From Podarcis cretensis (lineage: Eukaryota), in the NCBI GenBank assembly GCA_951804945.1, contig OX638153.1, positions 97,712,001 to 97,776,000 of the forward strand: 64,000 nucleotides of DNA, written 5' to 3'. A program made the translations under genes and the position numbers. Position 1 is the stretch's first letter. The number at the start of each line of letters is the position of its first letter. The notes beneath the pieces were generated by a model, which was not told the origin of the DNA, did no database searches, and was given only the letters and a program-made list of their open reading frames with translations. Positions 23,126-35,200 of the stretch are shown piece by piece.

Positions 23126-25427
23126 ATGTTATAAATCAAGCACTGCTGGGAGTTGCTGCTTTTTGTTTGCCAATGTATTTTGTATCAATCAAAAAAAATG
23201 GTGTGTCATGAGCAAATTTTTATTCTGAAAGTGTCGCCTGGGGGGACGGACGGAAGGAGAACCACTGTATTAGGAGGAGCAGGCAGCGCTAAAGCGTATC
23301 TTGAGAATAATTTGAGAATTGCCAAAGATACTGGATGGCCGTCTGTCAGCGATGATTTAGTTGAGATTGCTGCATTGCAGGGGTTGGGCTAGATGACCCC
23401 CAGGGTCTCTTCCACCTCTATGATTCCCAGAAGCCCTTGATCCCAGTGTCTTCCCCTTCTCCTTGCTTTTCTATCTCCCTTGAACTGTCACAGTCAAAGG
23501 CGCTTGATGGGCGGGGTATAAATAATAAATTATTATTATTTATCTCAAAACAGAATCGCTTTTCGCGACGGCTGGCAAGAGGGGCTGTCTCCACACTGGA
23601 AGATGGGACTTGGAGCAGAGGCTTTGGCTTGAGGGGCCGGATCTGTCCCCACGCTTGCCGTCCTGGCAGCACCCCAAATCTACCCCCCTCCACCCCCACC
23701 TCTTATAACCCGTTCATTTACTGGGGCTTTTTCTCCAGAGCAACATCAACATTGCCAGTGATGTGGTGCAGAATTATTTTGCCTATGCAAACAAATCCTC
23801 ACCAGGTGGCAGTGTTGCTTCCTTTATGGACGCAAGAAAATGCCCAGCAGAATCTGAGCAGCCCCTCTTCCTAGGAGCAAGAAGGAAAGAACAAGACATA
23901 AAAACCAGGCAGGAGAACCTGCTCAGATTTCCACCTGCGGCACAGGAGAGAAGCACACAGAGAGTGCCTGCAAGCTCCTCGGGGCAGGGACCTGTCCTTG
24001 TGGTTTAACGCTTCTTCTCTGCAAAATCCTGTCCACATTCAATGCTGCGCTCGCCCAGTCATAGCGGGGAAAGGACGCAGTCACGCTGTAGTCTGAGGGA
24101 GAAAGTTAGGGGTCTGCCCCACTCCCCCTGCAATGCTAATAACAATTAATTAATTACACAGTTCACACACCAGGTTCCCAATTGCACCTGGAGTGACCAA
24201 ATGTCCACAGGACTGTGGCAGCCAAGCTGCTTGAGTGTAAAATTTAACACCCACCGAAACCTAGCACTGCCCATTGATGCCTTTTGCCCAATGCCCATGT
24301 GTGGTTTATGGGAGAATGGCAGGCAGAAATGCAATGGTCAAAGGACCCCCCCTCCCCCATTTATGGCACTCCTGGCCCAGCCCCCTCCTGCTGCCCCCCT
24401 TTCCCACTCTAGCCTAGATAATCCTTTTCAAGGTACTTCACAGTCACTTGAAATGAAGACTGCTTTTTGCAGCCGACTGACCCAACCTGTGGGCCCCAAA
24501 GTTGCTCCCTGCCCTGATCAGATCACGGGACATTCCCAGAGTTTGCAGTGCAGTTTGGGTGCGCAAAAAGTGTGCAAAGTAATCCATATTTTTACATTTA
24601 TACAAAATGCACGTTTGACAGAGATGTGCTTGGAAAGATGCGGGGGTTTTTTGGAGGGGAGCATGTGTATGAAAAAGTGCACAATTTGAACGTGAGCCTT
24701 TCCACGCATTCTTTCACAAAGCCCGCAGAAAATGGATCGGAAGAGACCTGTGACTGAGCATGAGTGGAAACAAGACGAGGCAGACTTAAGCTGATCTGTT
24801 CACCCCTACTGGAGGTCACCGTTGTCCCTGTTTCATAGATGAAAAATCTGAGGTCAGAATGGCAGCAGCTTGTCCCGAATGCAGCAGTCCTTGACCCAAG
24901 TGCAGCTCCTGAGCTACTGTGGAGTCCACTAGTTCTTCTTTCCCCTTCCAGGGGCCAGAGGTGAACAGGGTTCAAGGAAGAAAAGACGTGTGAGGCTGAG
25001 ATACATCTTCCCAATGTGACCCTGGGGCTGAACCCTGCACTCTAGAAACAACACCAAGCAGCATGGATAGAACAGACCTTTCCTGGCCTGGCCTGATCTC
25101 TGGTTATCCTCCTGTTCTTATCAGCAATTTGTGTCTGCCAGACCACCTCCCCAGCAATCCCTTTGGGGCAGAAGTGTGTCAGGATATGAACAAAACTTTG
25201 CCGATTGGGAAGAAAGTGGCCATATGGCTGGGCCTGGAGTCTTCCTACTAGACAATCAAGGAGTGCATCAGGCAGGCTGATTCCTACGCACGAGGAGCTC
25301 ACAGTCCTTCAAATGCAAAAGACTTGATTTAATACGGGGGCGAGTGTAGAGGGAGAATGTACCAATACACTGGTTGGGCGGGGGAGTTTATTTATTTATA
25401 TTTACCATTGCACTAATATGCCACCTT

Positions 25428-25815
25428 AAAGAAGGCTGATGGCCGAAGAATGGATGCTTTTGAATTATGGTGCTGGAGGAGACTCTTGAGAGTCCCATGG
25501 ACTCCAAGGAGATCAAACCTCTCCATTCGGAAGGAAATCAGCCCTGAGTGCTCACTGGAAGGACAGATCCTGAAGCTGAGGCTCCAATACTTTGGCCACC
25601 TCATGAGAAGAGAAGACTCCCTGGAAAAGACCCTGATGCTGGGAAAGATGGAGGGCACAAGGAGAAGGGGACGACAGAGGGCGAGATGGTGGGACAGTGT
25701 TCTCGAAGCTACCAGCATGAGTTTGACCAAACTGCGGGAGGCAGTGGAAGACAGGAGTGCCTGGCGTGCTCTGGTCCAGGGGGTCACGAAGAGGCGGACA
25801 TGACTAAACAACAAC
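25428..25815 (+). mobile_element. BovB LINE 3' fragment
   Basis: DAFELWCWRRLLRVPWT peptide; 13-bp TSD AATATGCCACCTT at 25415-25427 and 25816-25828. Confidence 0.95.
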
Positions 25816-25828
25816 AATATGCCACCTT

Positions 25829-26030
25829 TTCCTCCAAGGAGCTCACGGTAGCATACGTGGTTTGCCCACCCCCATCAATTACTTCCTCACAGCAACCCTG
25901 TGAGGAAGGCTAGGCTGAGAGGCAGTGACTGGCCCCAAGGTCACCCAGCGAGCCTCATGGCCAAGTGGGGATTCAAAACCTGATCTCCCAGGTCCCAGTC
26001 CGACACTCTAACCACTCTGCCGCACTGGCT
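25829..26030 (-). mobile_element. Older CORE/Squam3-like tRNA SINE, split by the BovB insertion (tail near 25388-25427)
   Basis: Reverse complement resembles 38189-38430, including the GCTGGGTGACCTTGGG core. Confidence 0.75.
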
Positions 26031-26324
26031 TGAGTGTGCTATACTTAACTCTTAAGTTAAGAGTTGCATTTAAGGGAGGCCAGGAAGAACATGCAGCTGT
26101 CAGAAACTAGAGACAAGCTTCTACTGGGCATGCAGAGTTCTACAGATCTGGAAATACAGAGAAATAAGACGCTGGTTTCTAGCCGCCTGGGGTTCCCAAG
26201 GAAGGATGGGGCGGGAGGGATCTGGTGGTTCTGAGCTTCTCTCTGCGTTTGGTGGGCTCCAGAAGCAGCCCTGATAAGCAGGAACGTTTGAGGCGCTGGG
26301 AATTTTGCAACTCCCTTAGCAGCA

Positions 26325-26325
<1 letters not shown>

Positions 26326-26369
<44 letters not shown>
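26326..26369. repeat. (GA)n microsatellite
   Basis: Direct reading. Confidence 0.95.
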
Positions 26370-28154
26370 TTAAGTCAGGAAATGCTGCTTTGCGGTTCGG
26401 AAAAAGAAATGGATCATAAGGCAAAGCTGGAGCTGGAGCCTGGCTGGCAGCGAGGGGAGGCTGAGCCGGATCCTGGCTCAGCTGTTAACAGGAGCAGAGG
26501 GCCGGAGCACTCCTGCCTGCCTGCCGTCCGCTCCAAAGGCAGGAGGGTTTCTTTCTTTCTTTTCTTTTCCTGAACACAGCCGAGCTTGGCCAGAGGACGC
26601 CTGGCAGGCCAAAGTGAGAAGAAAAATATTTCATGGCACAGGGAAGCAAGAAAACAAAACCAAACCCCAAAAGAATCCCAGAGACAGAGACAGAGAGACT
26701 AGGACTCTTTGAAATCGCGCTGAATGAATCCCATGTGAGAGGCGCACTCCCAGGCCATTGCTCAGGTTTCCTCCGGTGCGACTGAGCCAGCCTTGGCTCC
26801 CGGCTCTGTGGCAGATCCCACAAAGTGGTGAGACCTGAACTTTTGCCCTTCGGGGCATCCAGGCAAAGTTTCCATCGCAGCTGCCCAGAGGTGCACATCA
26901 AACAGGTGCTCAGTTTTGCCACAAGGGGACAGAGCGAGCTGCGCTCCCCGCCCCCTCCGCCCGACAGAAGGACAAAGGCGTCCAGGAGACTCTCGCAATG
27001 TGAAGACAGTTTGACATTTTACAGTTTATTTCTGGCTTTTCAGCTGCTTGACGTAGGATTGTATTTTCCTTGGTTTGGGGGGCTGCTCCATTGCCTTAGA
27101 GGAAGCTCGGAGCTCTGGTGGCGGGAGCACGGCATTTCAAATAAATAAAATAAACAGGGCAGCAGCAGTCTTCGGTCCCAGTTGTTTTCCACATTCACAA
27201 AAATGGGGATTAATTAATTAATCCGGAAGAATGACCGCGTCCCCAGGCTGAGCATGCTCAGTGATTAACACGAGGAAATGACTTCATCCGCGGGCATGCG
27301 CCAGGGTGGAAGGAAATACATTTCTCCTTTTCTACCATGGAGGAAGGAGGACTAAAGAGTGCTTTGGGTGGAACTTGCCCAAGATTTGCTCCCAGAGCCA
27401 GCATCCCCAAGTAACTTTGCCCAGACACGCTCAGGCACAGAGACGGCCAAATTCTGTACTCTTGGAAGGCGCTCTGTGCTCCAGGCAGTGGCTCGGTAGC
27501 CAGAAAGTGCGCTTGGCCATTCAAAGCGACCCCCTGGGGAGAGGTCAAGCCCCTTAATAAAGCCACGGCCATGCGGCAGGGAGCACTTTTCTCAAATATG
27601 GAGCGCAGGGGCTCAGTCAGAACATTACACACTCCTATGCCAGTGCCACATAATGTTCATTCCACACTCTCAAGGAATCAATCTTTCAGCGTGCTCTGGA
27701 TGTTCCTGCCCATTACGATGAGGGAAGCTGAACCTTCGCTGTTCTGCTTCTGACGCCTGCTATAAACCTTTTTTGTTTAGGCTAAGCCTACCCAGCCATG
27801 TAATTTTATTACGTGTATTTGTTTTTAAAACTGTTTGATTTTATCCATATTTTGATAAGTTTCTTAAGTCTAATGTTATATAAAAAAATCTGTTTTTAGT
27901 GCTATTTTTTAAAATAAACATTTAATACTATTTTATGTAAGTGGCATATGCGTGTGTGGGGTGTGTGTGCAAAGTATACAAAACTTGGTTATTAAATAAA
28001 AAAGCACAAATAGATATATTTCTTATCTTACATTCTGAAGGACATCAGAGGAGAGAGGGAAGGACAGAGGGGCAGAGGCCAGTGTTGCCCACGGCACCCC
28101 TGGCCATCCTTCAAGGCACCCCAGGGTGCCACACTGGCTGAAAACCACTGCCTG

Positions 28155-28575
28155 GTGCTATTTAACATCTACTCGAAACTGCTGAGTGGGGTCATCCAGA
28201 GTTTTTGGAGTGTGGTGTCAGCAATATGGCAATGACACTCAGATCTGCAGGTGAGGCAATGGAAGTGCTATACCATTGTCTTGCCTCAGTAATGGACTGG
28301 ATGAGAGACAACAGACTGAAGCTCAATCAAGATAATACGGAAGCAATGTTAGTGGACGGTTCCCTAGAACCAGGCAGCAGTCTTCATTATACACCTTCAG
28401 GCGCCAGGCGAAAACGTTCCTCTTTAACCAGGCCTTTGGCTGATGGACACCTGATGCCCTTCCAAATGTGTTGTGGAGGGGTGGGGGTGGGGTTATTTGG
28501 TTGTCTTTGTTCCTTTTTATAATGTATTTTGTGTTTTTTATATATTGTAATTTGATGTTGTGACCTGCCCCGAGA
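28155..28575 (+). mobile_element. Degraded, internally deleted L2 remnant (RT region plus 3' end)
   Basis: Remnants of LFNIY...QY-DDTQ and WMRDNRLKLN-D-TE joined to an L2-type 3' end. Confidence 0.7.
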
Positions 28576-28577
28576 TC

Positions 28578-29428
28578 TGTTGTTGTTTAGTCGTGTCCGA
28601 CTCTTCGTGAGCCCCTGGACCAGAGCACGCCAGGCACTCCTGTCTTCCACTGCCTCCTGCAGTTGGGTCAAACTCATGTTCGTAGCTTCGAGAACACTAA
28701 GGGGATAAGGGATTGGTTTCAGGCATGAGAGTATTGGCGGCGAGCGATTGCTCATGTGGCGGTAGGCATTGGTAAGAAGGGGTTAAGAGGATGTGGGGGG
28801 GGGAGGAACGCCATCACCTCCCCCCAGCGACCGAAGGGTGGTCCATTAAAGGACTCCGGGGGGTGTGGCCCTGTCCGAAGCCTATGGAGGTGAGGGCCAA
28901 AGGCAGGCCCCAGAGCAGTGATCCGGGGGAGCTCCTAGTCGGCGTGCCTCGGCAGGAGACTCCCCTGATATAAGGTTATCCCTTCCCCGTGTCTCCAGCA
29001 AATGGGCTGGAGCCGGATAGTCGTTAGGACCAATGCCTAAGCCAATGCCTCTCATTCCTGAATTCAATAAAGTTGTGGTCTAATTTGCCCAATTAACCTT
29101 AAATTATGGTGTCTCGTGTCTTTATTTACCCTGGTGGGGGGCAGGAACTCGCCACGCAACACTGTCCCACCATCTCGTCCTCTGTCGTCCCCTTCTCCTT
29201 GTGCCCTCCATCTTTCCAAACACCAGGGTCTTTTCCAGGGAGTCTTCTCTTCTCATGAGGTGGCCAAAGTCTTGGAGCCTCAGCTTCAGGATCTGTCCTT
29301 CCAGTGAGCACTCAGGGCTGATTTCCTTCAGAATGGAGAGGTTGGATCTTCTTGCAGTCCATGGGACTCTCAAGAGTCTCCTCTAGCACCAGAATTCAAA
29401 GGCATCCATTCTTCGGCGATCAGCCTTA
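28578..29428 (-). mobile_element. BovB LINE 3' fragment split by a solo LTR
   Basis: 28578-28697 and 29159-29428 rejoin into sequence matching the other BovB copies. Confidence 0.92.
28698..29158 (+). mobile_element. Solo LTR (ERV1- or Gypsy-like), 461 bp
   Basis: Clean insert in BovB with 4-bp TSD ACAC; TA...CA ends; three ATTGG boxes, ATATAA at 28968 and AATAAA at 29066 in U3-R-U5 order. Confidence 0.8.
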
Positions 29429-29562
29429 TGCAAGTTTAATAAACAATATTTAGCTTTAGTATTTTTGTAAGCCGCTTTTAATTTATTGATAAAGAAAAGT
29501 GGCGTAGGAACAAACAAAGCCTTGCTGCAGGTCTAGGATGCCTCTCGCTGTCAGATCTGCGA

Positions 29563-29563
29563 A

Positions 29564-29594
<31 letters not shown>
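29563..29594. repeat. (GAT)n microsatellite
   Basis: Direct reading. Confidence 0.9.
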
Positions 29595-29596
<2 letters not shown>

Positions 29597-30610
29597 AATT
29601 TGTATACCGCTCTAAACCTGCAGGTCTCCGGGCGGTTATGGGCAGACCCGGAATGGGGGAGGAGTGTCAGGATTTGCTTAGCAAAGAGGCTGCTTGTCTC
29701 TTTGGCTCTTTACAACAATCTGGCTTTTGAAAAACAAAATCACGCCCGGCTTTGCTGGTCGCCAGCAGCTTTCCATTAAAATGCCGCTACCGCATGGTCC
29801 ATGCCTGGCTGGTCCAGCCCTGCTGCCGAAAGGCTATTTGTCTCTTTGCGCTGCCAGGGATGAACATAGCGGAGCTGGAGGACGGGAAGGGAGCAACTTT
29901 CCCAAGATTGCTCCCTTAGCTCTCACCTCGAGCCGTTCGCCGCCAGAGCTTGAGGAGGAAGGCATTTTGGGATGAGCGCTGATGGTTTCCCTTGCTAATG
30001 AACTCCCAGCAAAGGATGCCTAGATCAGGCAAGACGGGTGACAGAGCTGTCCCCCCCAATCCGGGTAGAAAGCAAAGGCGGATGCAGAAAAATCCAGACA
30101 GGGCTATGCGAAAACCAGTGGGTGTCATTGGGAGCACCACAGACCTTTTCCTAGACAGCTAAATATCCTGCCTGGGCCAAAATGTTCACCGCTCGTTACC
30201 CTCAAAATGGCACAGAGCACACAAGGGTTACTTAGAGGAGAACAGCCTCTGTTTCTGCTGACATGGCACACTTTTTACGCAGAGGGTCCAACTCGGCCCC
30301 TCAATGCAGGAACGAGGCGCAAGAATCTCCCTGCCTCCTTCTGTTGCCACAGGAACGCAAACCCAACCAGCGTACTATGATGAATTATTCAAATCCTTTA
30401 TTAGCCAGTGCCTTTCTAGTGCCCAAAGGGCCATTCAGCGAAGAAAAAAGCAGAAAGCAAAACGGTACGGCTTGCAAAACCAGAAAAATAGTCCCCGTTT
30501 GCTCCTGTTTTAAAAACACCAGATGGAAGGGGACTATGTTTTGCAACCTCTCCTGTGTCAACCAGGGAAGGGCCGTAAGGAGGGTGGAATCACAGATCCT
30601 CATAGGAAGC

Positions 30611-31603
30611 GGGGTGCCACAGGGTTCCTAGTGGGGTGCCACAGGGTTCTGTCTTGGGCCCGGTCTTATTCAACATCTTTATCAAAGACTTGGATGATGG
30701 ACTCAAGGGCATCCTGATCAAATTTGCAGATGACACCAAACTGGGAGGGGTGGCTAACACCCCAGAGGACAGGATCACACTTCAAAACGACCTTGACAGA
30801 TTAGAGAACTGGGCCAAAACAAACAAGATGAATTTTAACAAGGAGAAATGTAAAGTATTGCACTTGGGCAAAAAAAATGAGAGGCACAAATACAAGATGG
30901 GTGACACCTGGCTTGAGAGCAGTACATGTGAAAAGGATCTAGGAGTCTTGGTTGACCGCAAACTTGACATGAGCCAACAGTGTGACGCGGCAGCTAAAAA
31001 GCCAATGCAATTCTGGGCTGCATCAATAGGAGTATAGCATCTAGATCAAGGGAAGTAATAGTGCCACTGTATTCTGCTCTGGTCAGACCTCACCTGGAGT
31101 ACTGTGTCCAGTTCTGGGCACCACAGTTCAAGAAGGACACTGACAAACTGGAACGTGTCCAGAGGAGGGCAACCAAAATGGTCAAAGGCCTGGAAACGAT
31201 GCCTTATGAGGAACGGCTAAGAGAGCTGGGCGTGCTTAGCCTGGAGAAGAGGAGGTTAAGGGGTGATATGATAGCCATGTTCAAATATATAAAAGGATAT
31301 CACATAGAGGAGGGAGAAAGGTTGTTTTCTGCTGCTCCAGAGAAGCGGACCCGGAGCAATGGTTCCAAACTACAAGAAAGAAGATTCCACCTAAACATTA
31401 GGAAGAACTTCCTGACAGTAAGAGCTGTTTGACAGTGGAATTTGCTGCCAAGGAGTGTGGTGGAGTCTCCTTCTTTGGAGGTCTTTAAGCAGAGGCTTGA
31501 CAACCATGTGTCAGGAGTGCTCTGATGGTGTTTCCTGCTTGGCAGGGGGTTGGACTCGGTGGCCCTTGTGGTCTCTTCCAACTCTATGATTCTATGATTC
31601 TAT
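30611..31603 (+). mobile_element. CR1 LINE, ~1 kb 3' fragment with reverse-transcriptase motifs
   Basis: [25 protein letters not shown] and [13 protein letters not shown]; one frameshift near 31005 and a stop near 31430; flanking GAAGC repeat. Confidence 0.96.
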
Positions 31604-31999
31604 GAAGCTACCTTGTACCCTGAGCCAATCTAGCTCAGGGATGCTTAGTCAACCGGGGGCTCTCCAGCTACCACCGCCCCTGACCATCGACCATGCTGGT
31701 TGAGGTTGGGGAATGCTGCTCTACATTGACTGGTAGCAGCTCCCTTGGGCTTTGGGCAGGAGCTTATCCCAGCCTAACCTGGAGATGCCGGGAACCTTCT
31801 GTGCGCAAGGGCATGTGCCCTGCCACTGAGCCATGATCTCTGGTGCAGCCATAAGAAATGGATGGAAAAGGCTTGCTCTGTGCCACGACAATCCTCACTT
31901 CGGCAGACTTGGAACTCCGAACCATGTTTGATCGGAACTGGGGTGGCAGGGCAGTGTCAGAGAGAGGCGCTCTCTGGGGTATGCGGTACCCAGGTTGCG

Positions 32000-32215
32000 A
32001 TAAGGGTTTTGTGTAAGTTGGTTGGCAACTGTCTGTCTTGGGAGTGTGCCTTTGGGGGTGAAGGTAAGCTGTTGGAAGGTTGCAGCGCCTGCTGTGGCTG
32101 TAGAGGCCGATACAGGAGAGACATATTTTGTTGCAGCTGGGGCAGATGAAGGCATCTGGTTTCTTTTCTCTGTGCTCCTTGCAGCAAATTAGCAGACCGT
32201 GCAGCTGGAATAAAA
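32000..32215 (-). mobile_element. RTE-clade LINE 3' fragment
   Basis: FICPSCNKICLSCIGLYSHSRRC is the C-terminal Cys/His motif of RTE-type ORFs. Confidence 0.75.
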
Positions 32216-35200
32216 CTGCCTGAATAGCACTGCGCTGCCCCATATCCACAAAAGGAGCCACAGCTCTTTCCTGGAACAGTGAAGGGATCAGGAAGGGTCA
32301 CAAGAGCACTAGGAACAAAAGGCACCACAGGCCTCTGGTTGGAGGGGATTAGAAGAGGATTCCTGCCTGCCCAGTTGCCAGCAACTGAGTGCAAATTCTC
32401 CTCTGAAGTTCAATAGCTACAGGAGATTTAATGCAAGGGACTTGGAGCCTTATCCAGTGTAGTGCTATGGGAACATTTGGTCTGCTTACGCAATGGAATG
32501 TCCTCCTCCCCACTTGTTTTAGTGGTTCTTGGGACCTTCTAGAGCAGATTTGGTGATGGCACAAGGTGCAAGGGCATTCCTGTTGCAAACTGACATTCTT
32601 GCACTGACGGGATGCATTAGCCAAATACAACCCATAACAATCAGCAGGTGGTGGTGGAGAAGAAGAGGCAAAATATGGAAAGCGAAGGCTGCTGGCAGGC
32701 TGCAGTGCGCAGCCCAGCGAAGCACTGAGACCCATTAGGCGAAAGCACAGAGTAGGAAGGTTAACAACGCCATTTGATCTTTATGATAGTAGCTCCATTA
32801 AGGCACACTTCCTTAAATGCATATGGGGTCAAAGGCACCCGTGGGGAAGGGAGACACCTACCCGAGAGCCACTTCTACATTTCAATCAACCTGACTGCTG
32901 CCTGAGCTGTGGGCAAGCATCCTCATTACAATTTCAACAGAGCCTTTGCCCAGCCTCTTTTAACATCTTCCTGCACCTTCTCTTCTCTCTGAACACCCCT
33001 CTTTCAGCTGCCTGCTTTCCTCCTTTCCTACTCGCAGGTCTCTCTGCATCTCCATCGGTTAGCCTTCCCTCTCTGTGGCCCCAAACAGGCATACTCTTCT
33101 CCTGCAACCATCATCCCTACTGCGCTCCCCTTCAGATCCCCTTTTCTGTCTTCTCTTCTGCAGCCCGTTCCCCTCTTTCCCTCCTCCAGTCTCTGTTCTT
33201 GTCTCCCTGCCTCAATCCCTACTTGCTGAATTTGGAGGCAAAAAGCACACAAGGATTTCCCTCTCCCAGAAATTCAGGCACAGAGGGAATTTCAGGCACC
33301 GGAGGGACAGACAGCATGGCTGGCTGGCTGGCTGGCTGGCAAAACTGGTGCAGAGTCTATCAAAAACATCTAAATCCAGTGAAAGGAGAAGCAATGCAGA
33401 GACGGTGCCATAGACAACCTCTCACCATCACATTTGCTATATGCAGGTATTAGAATTCCACCAGGGGCTGCAAATTTTATGTTTCCATATGGTTGCAAGC
33501 AGATGTGATATATTTTTTACGATACAGCGGTATATAAATGTAAATAAATAGCCAGACACCAGGAGATGGGGGAAAATGGGCCTTAGGAGCTCCTTTATTT
33601 TGCACCAGAGCTTTCTCCACAAAAACTCACTCTTTAAAGCTTCCTTGGAGCAAACAGCAATCTGCTGAAAACTCGAATTGACATTTGCTGACTGAGCGCT
33701 GAAGAGTGAGTTTTTGCAGGGGAAGCTCGGGCACAAGGAAACCCACCAACAACACCACTCGGTCAGAGAGCTTTTAAGAGCGGACCTGTGCCTGGAACAA
33801 GCAGGGCTAAAGTAAGTGTAGAAAGGGCCCAAATGTACATTAAAGGAGCAGGTGTAAAAAATAGCCTGGGCTTTCCCTCGCAACCTTTGGCACTGCAGCT
33901 GTTTTCATGTGACAAGTTGTTGCTTGAGCCATTCGTTTCCCTCTGTACAATTGTCACTGGCCCCTCTTTTTCCACCCAGCCTCTTCTCCCATACGCATGG
34001 GCTTCGTCAGTGCAACACTGAGCAGATAATGTTATCAGCAATGCAGGCAACACATTAATATCAACACAACACCCAGCAAATGCAAACAGAGAATCCATTA
34101 GGGCCGATGGCTAGAATATCAACTCATCCCCAGCCCCGTTTAGAACCTCTCTGCTGAAATGCCATGGCCCTCGGGAGACGCCTGGAGCCGATTCCCAAAA
34201 GATTGAGAGCAGCTACTGAGCCGAGGTTTGCTCGAGATGCAAAATGGCTCGCTGGAAAGCTGTGCTGTGATCCCAAAAGATTAAAAGGGATTGTCAGGGG
34301 GAAGGGACTGTTGACAGCGGCACAAAACGAGGGTCATGCAGAAGAAGAAGAAGGAAAACATCAGCTTGAAACGGTGTCCAGGGCCCTTTGAGAACACAAG
34401 CTCGGGATTAGGCTCTAATCTGATACGGATTAGTGCCCTCAGTGCCCTCAGAGAGAAAGACACGCAAAACAGCTGGTTCAAAATGGGCAGGCAGGAGGCC
34501 GGGGGAGGCGCTGGAAGCGAGCTGTGTACACACCGTGTCTGCACTAGCAGGGCTCAGCCAACTTCAGCAAGAGAAACTGTTTTGCATCTTGCAGTCAACT
34601 CTTGCATGTCGAAAACCTGGCTCTGAGAAGTCCTCGCTTAGCCAGCGGGCAAAGCCGCTCCAAAACTGTGAACAAGCGGCAAAGGGGACGGTACCAAATC
34701 TTGAGCGCAACCTGCCAACAGAACCTGCGGTGTGAGTGTGAGTGTGTGAAAGCTCTGCACAAAAACCAGAGCGAGGGGTTGGGGGGATTGCACACGCGCA
34801 CCACAACCCGCATGCTTGCTGGGCCACCATCGCCACATCTTCCAGGCCCTCCCAAAAGAGCCAGGAGCGTCACTGGGCATGCGGCCCCCACCCCAGCATG
34901 GCAGCCCCTCTAGTCACAAGCTTCAGCGGCTGCCATAGGATATTGTGGCTATAGTGGCTGTGCCGAATTCTCACTTTGCTGCTGAGGAAATGGGGCACGT
35001 GGATGATTTGAGCCGAAGCACCCTGGGACCCAGGCTCGCTTGATACATTTCCCCTTTCCAAAGATGTTCAGAGCGCACTCTTTACAACCCCGCAAAAACC
35101 AGCTGCTTCATGTTTCAAGCTCACGCCCTTTTGATAGGGGAGGGGACGCTTTTTTGGTACAAGGCAGCAGATTTACCGAGGATGGTGAAGTAGTGCAATG

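Noticed and set aside
30636-31432. Reverse-transcriptase ORFs as a functional gene or novel RT system
   Set aside because: 5'-truncated CR1 copy with a frameshift and a premature stop.
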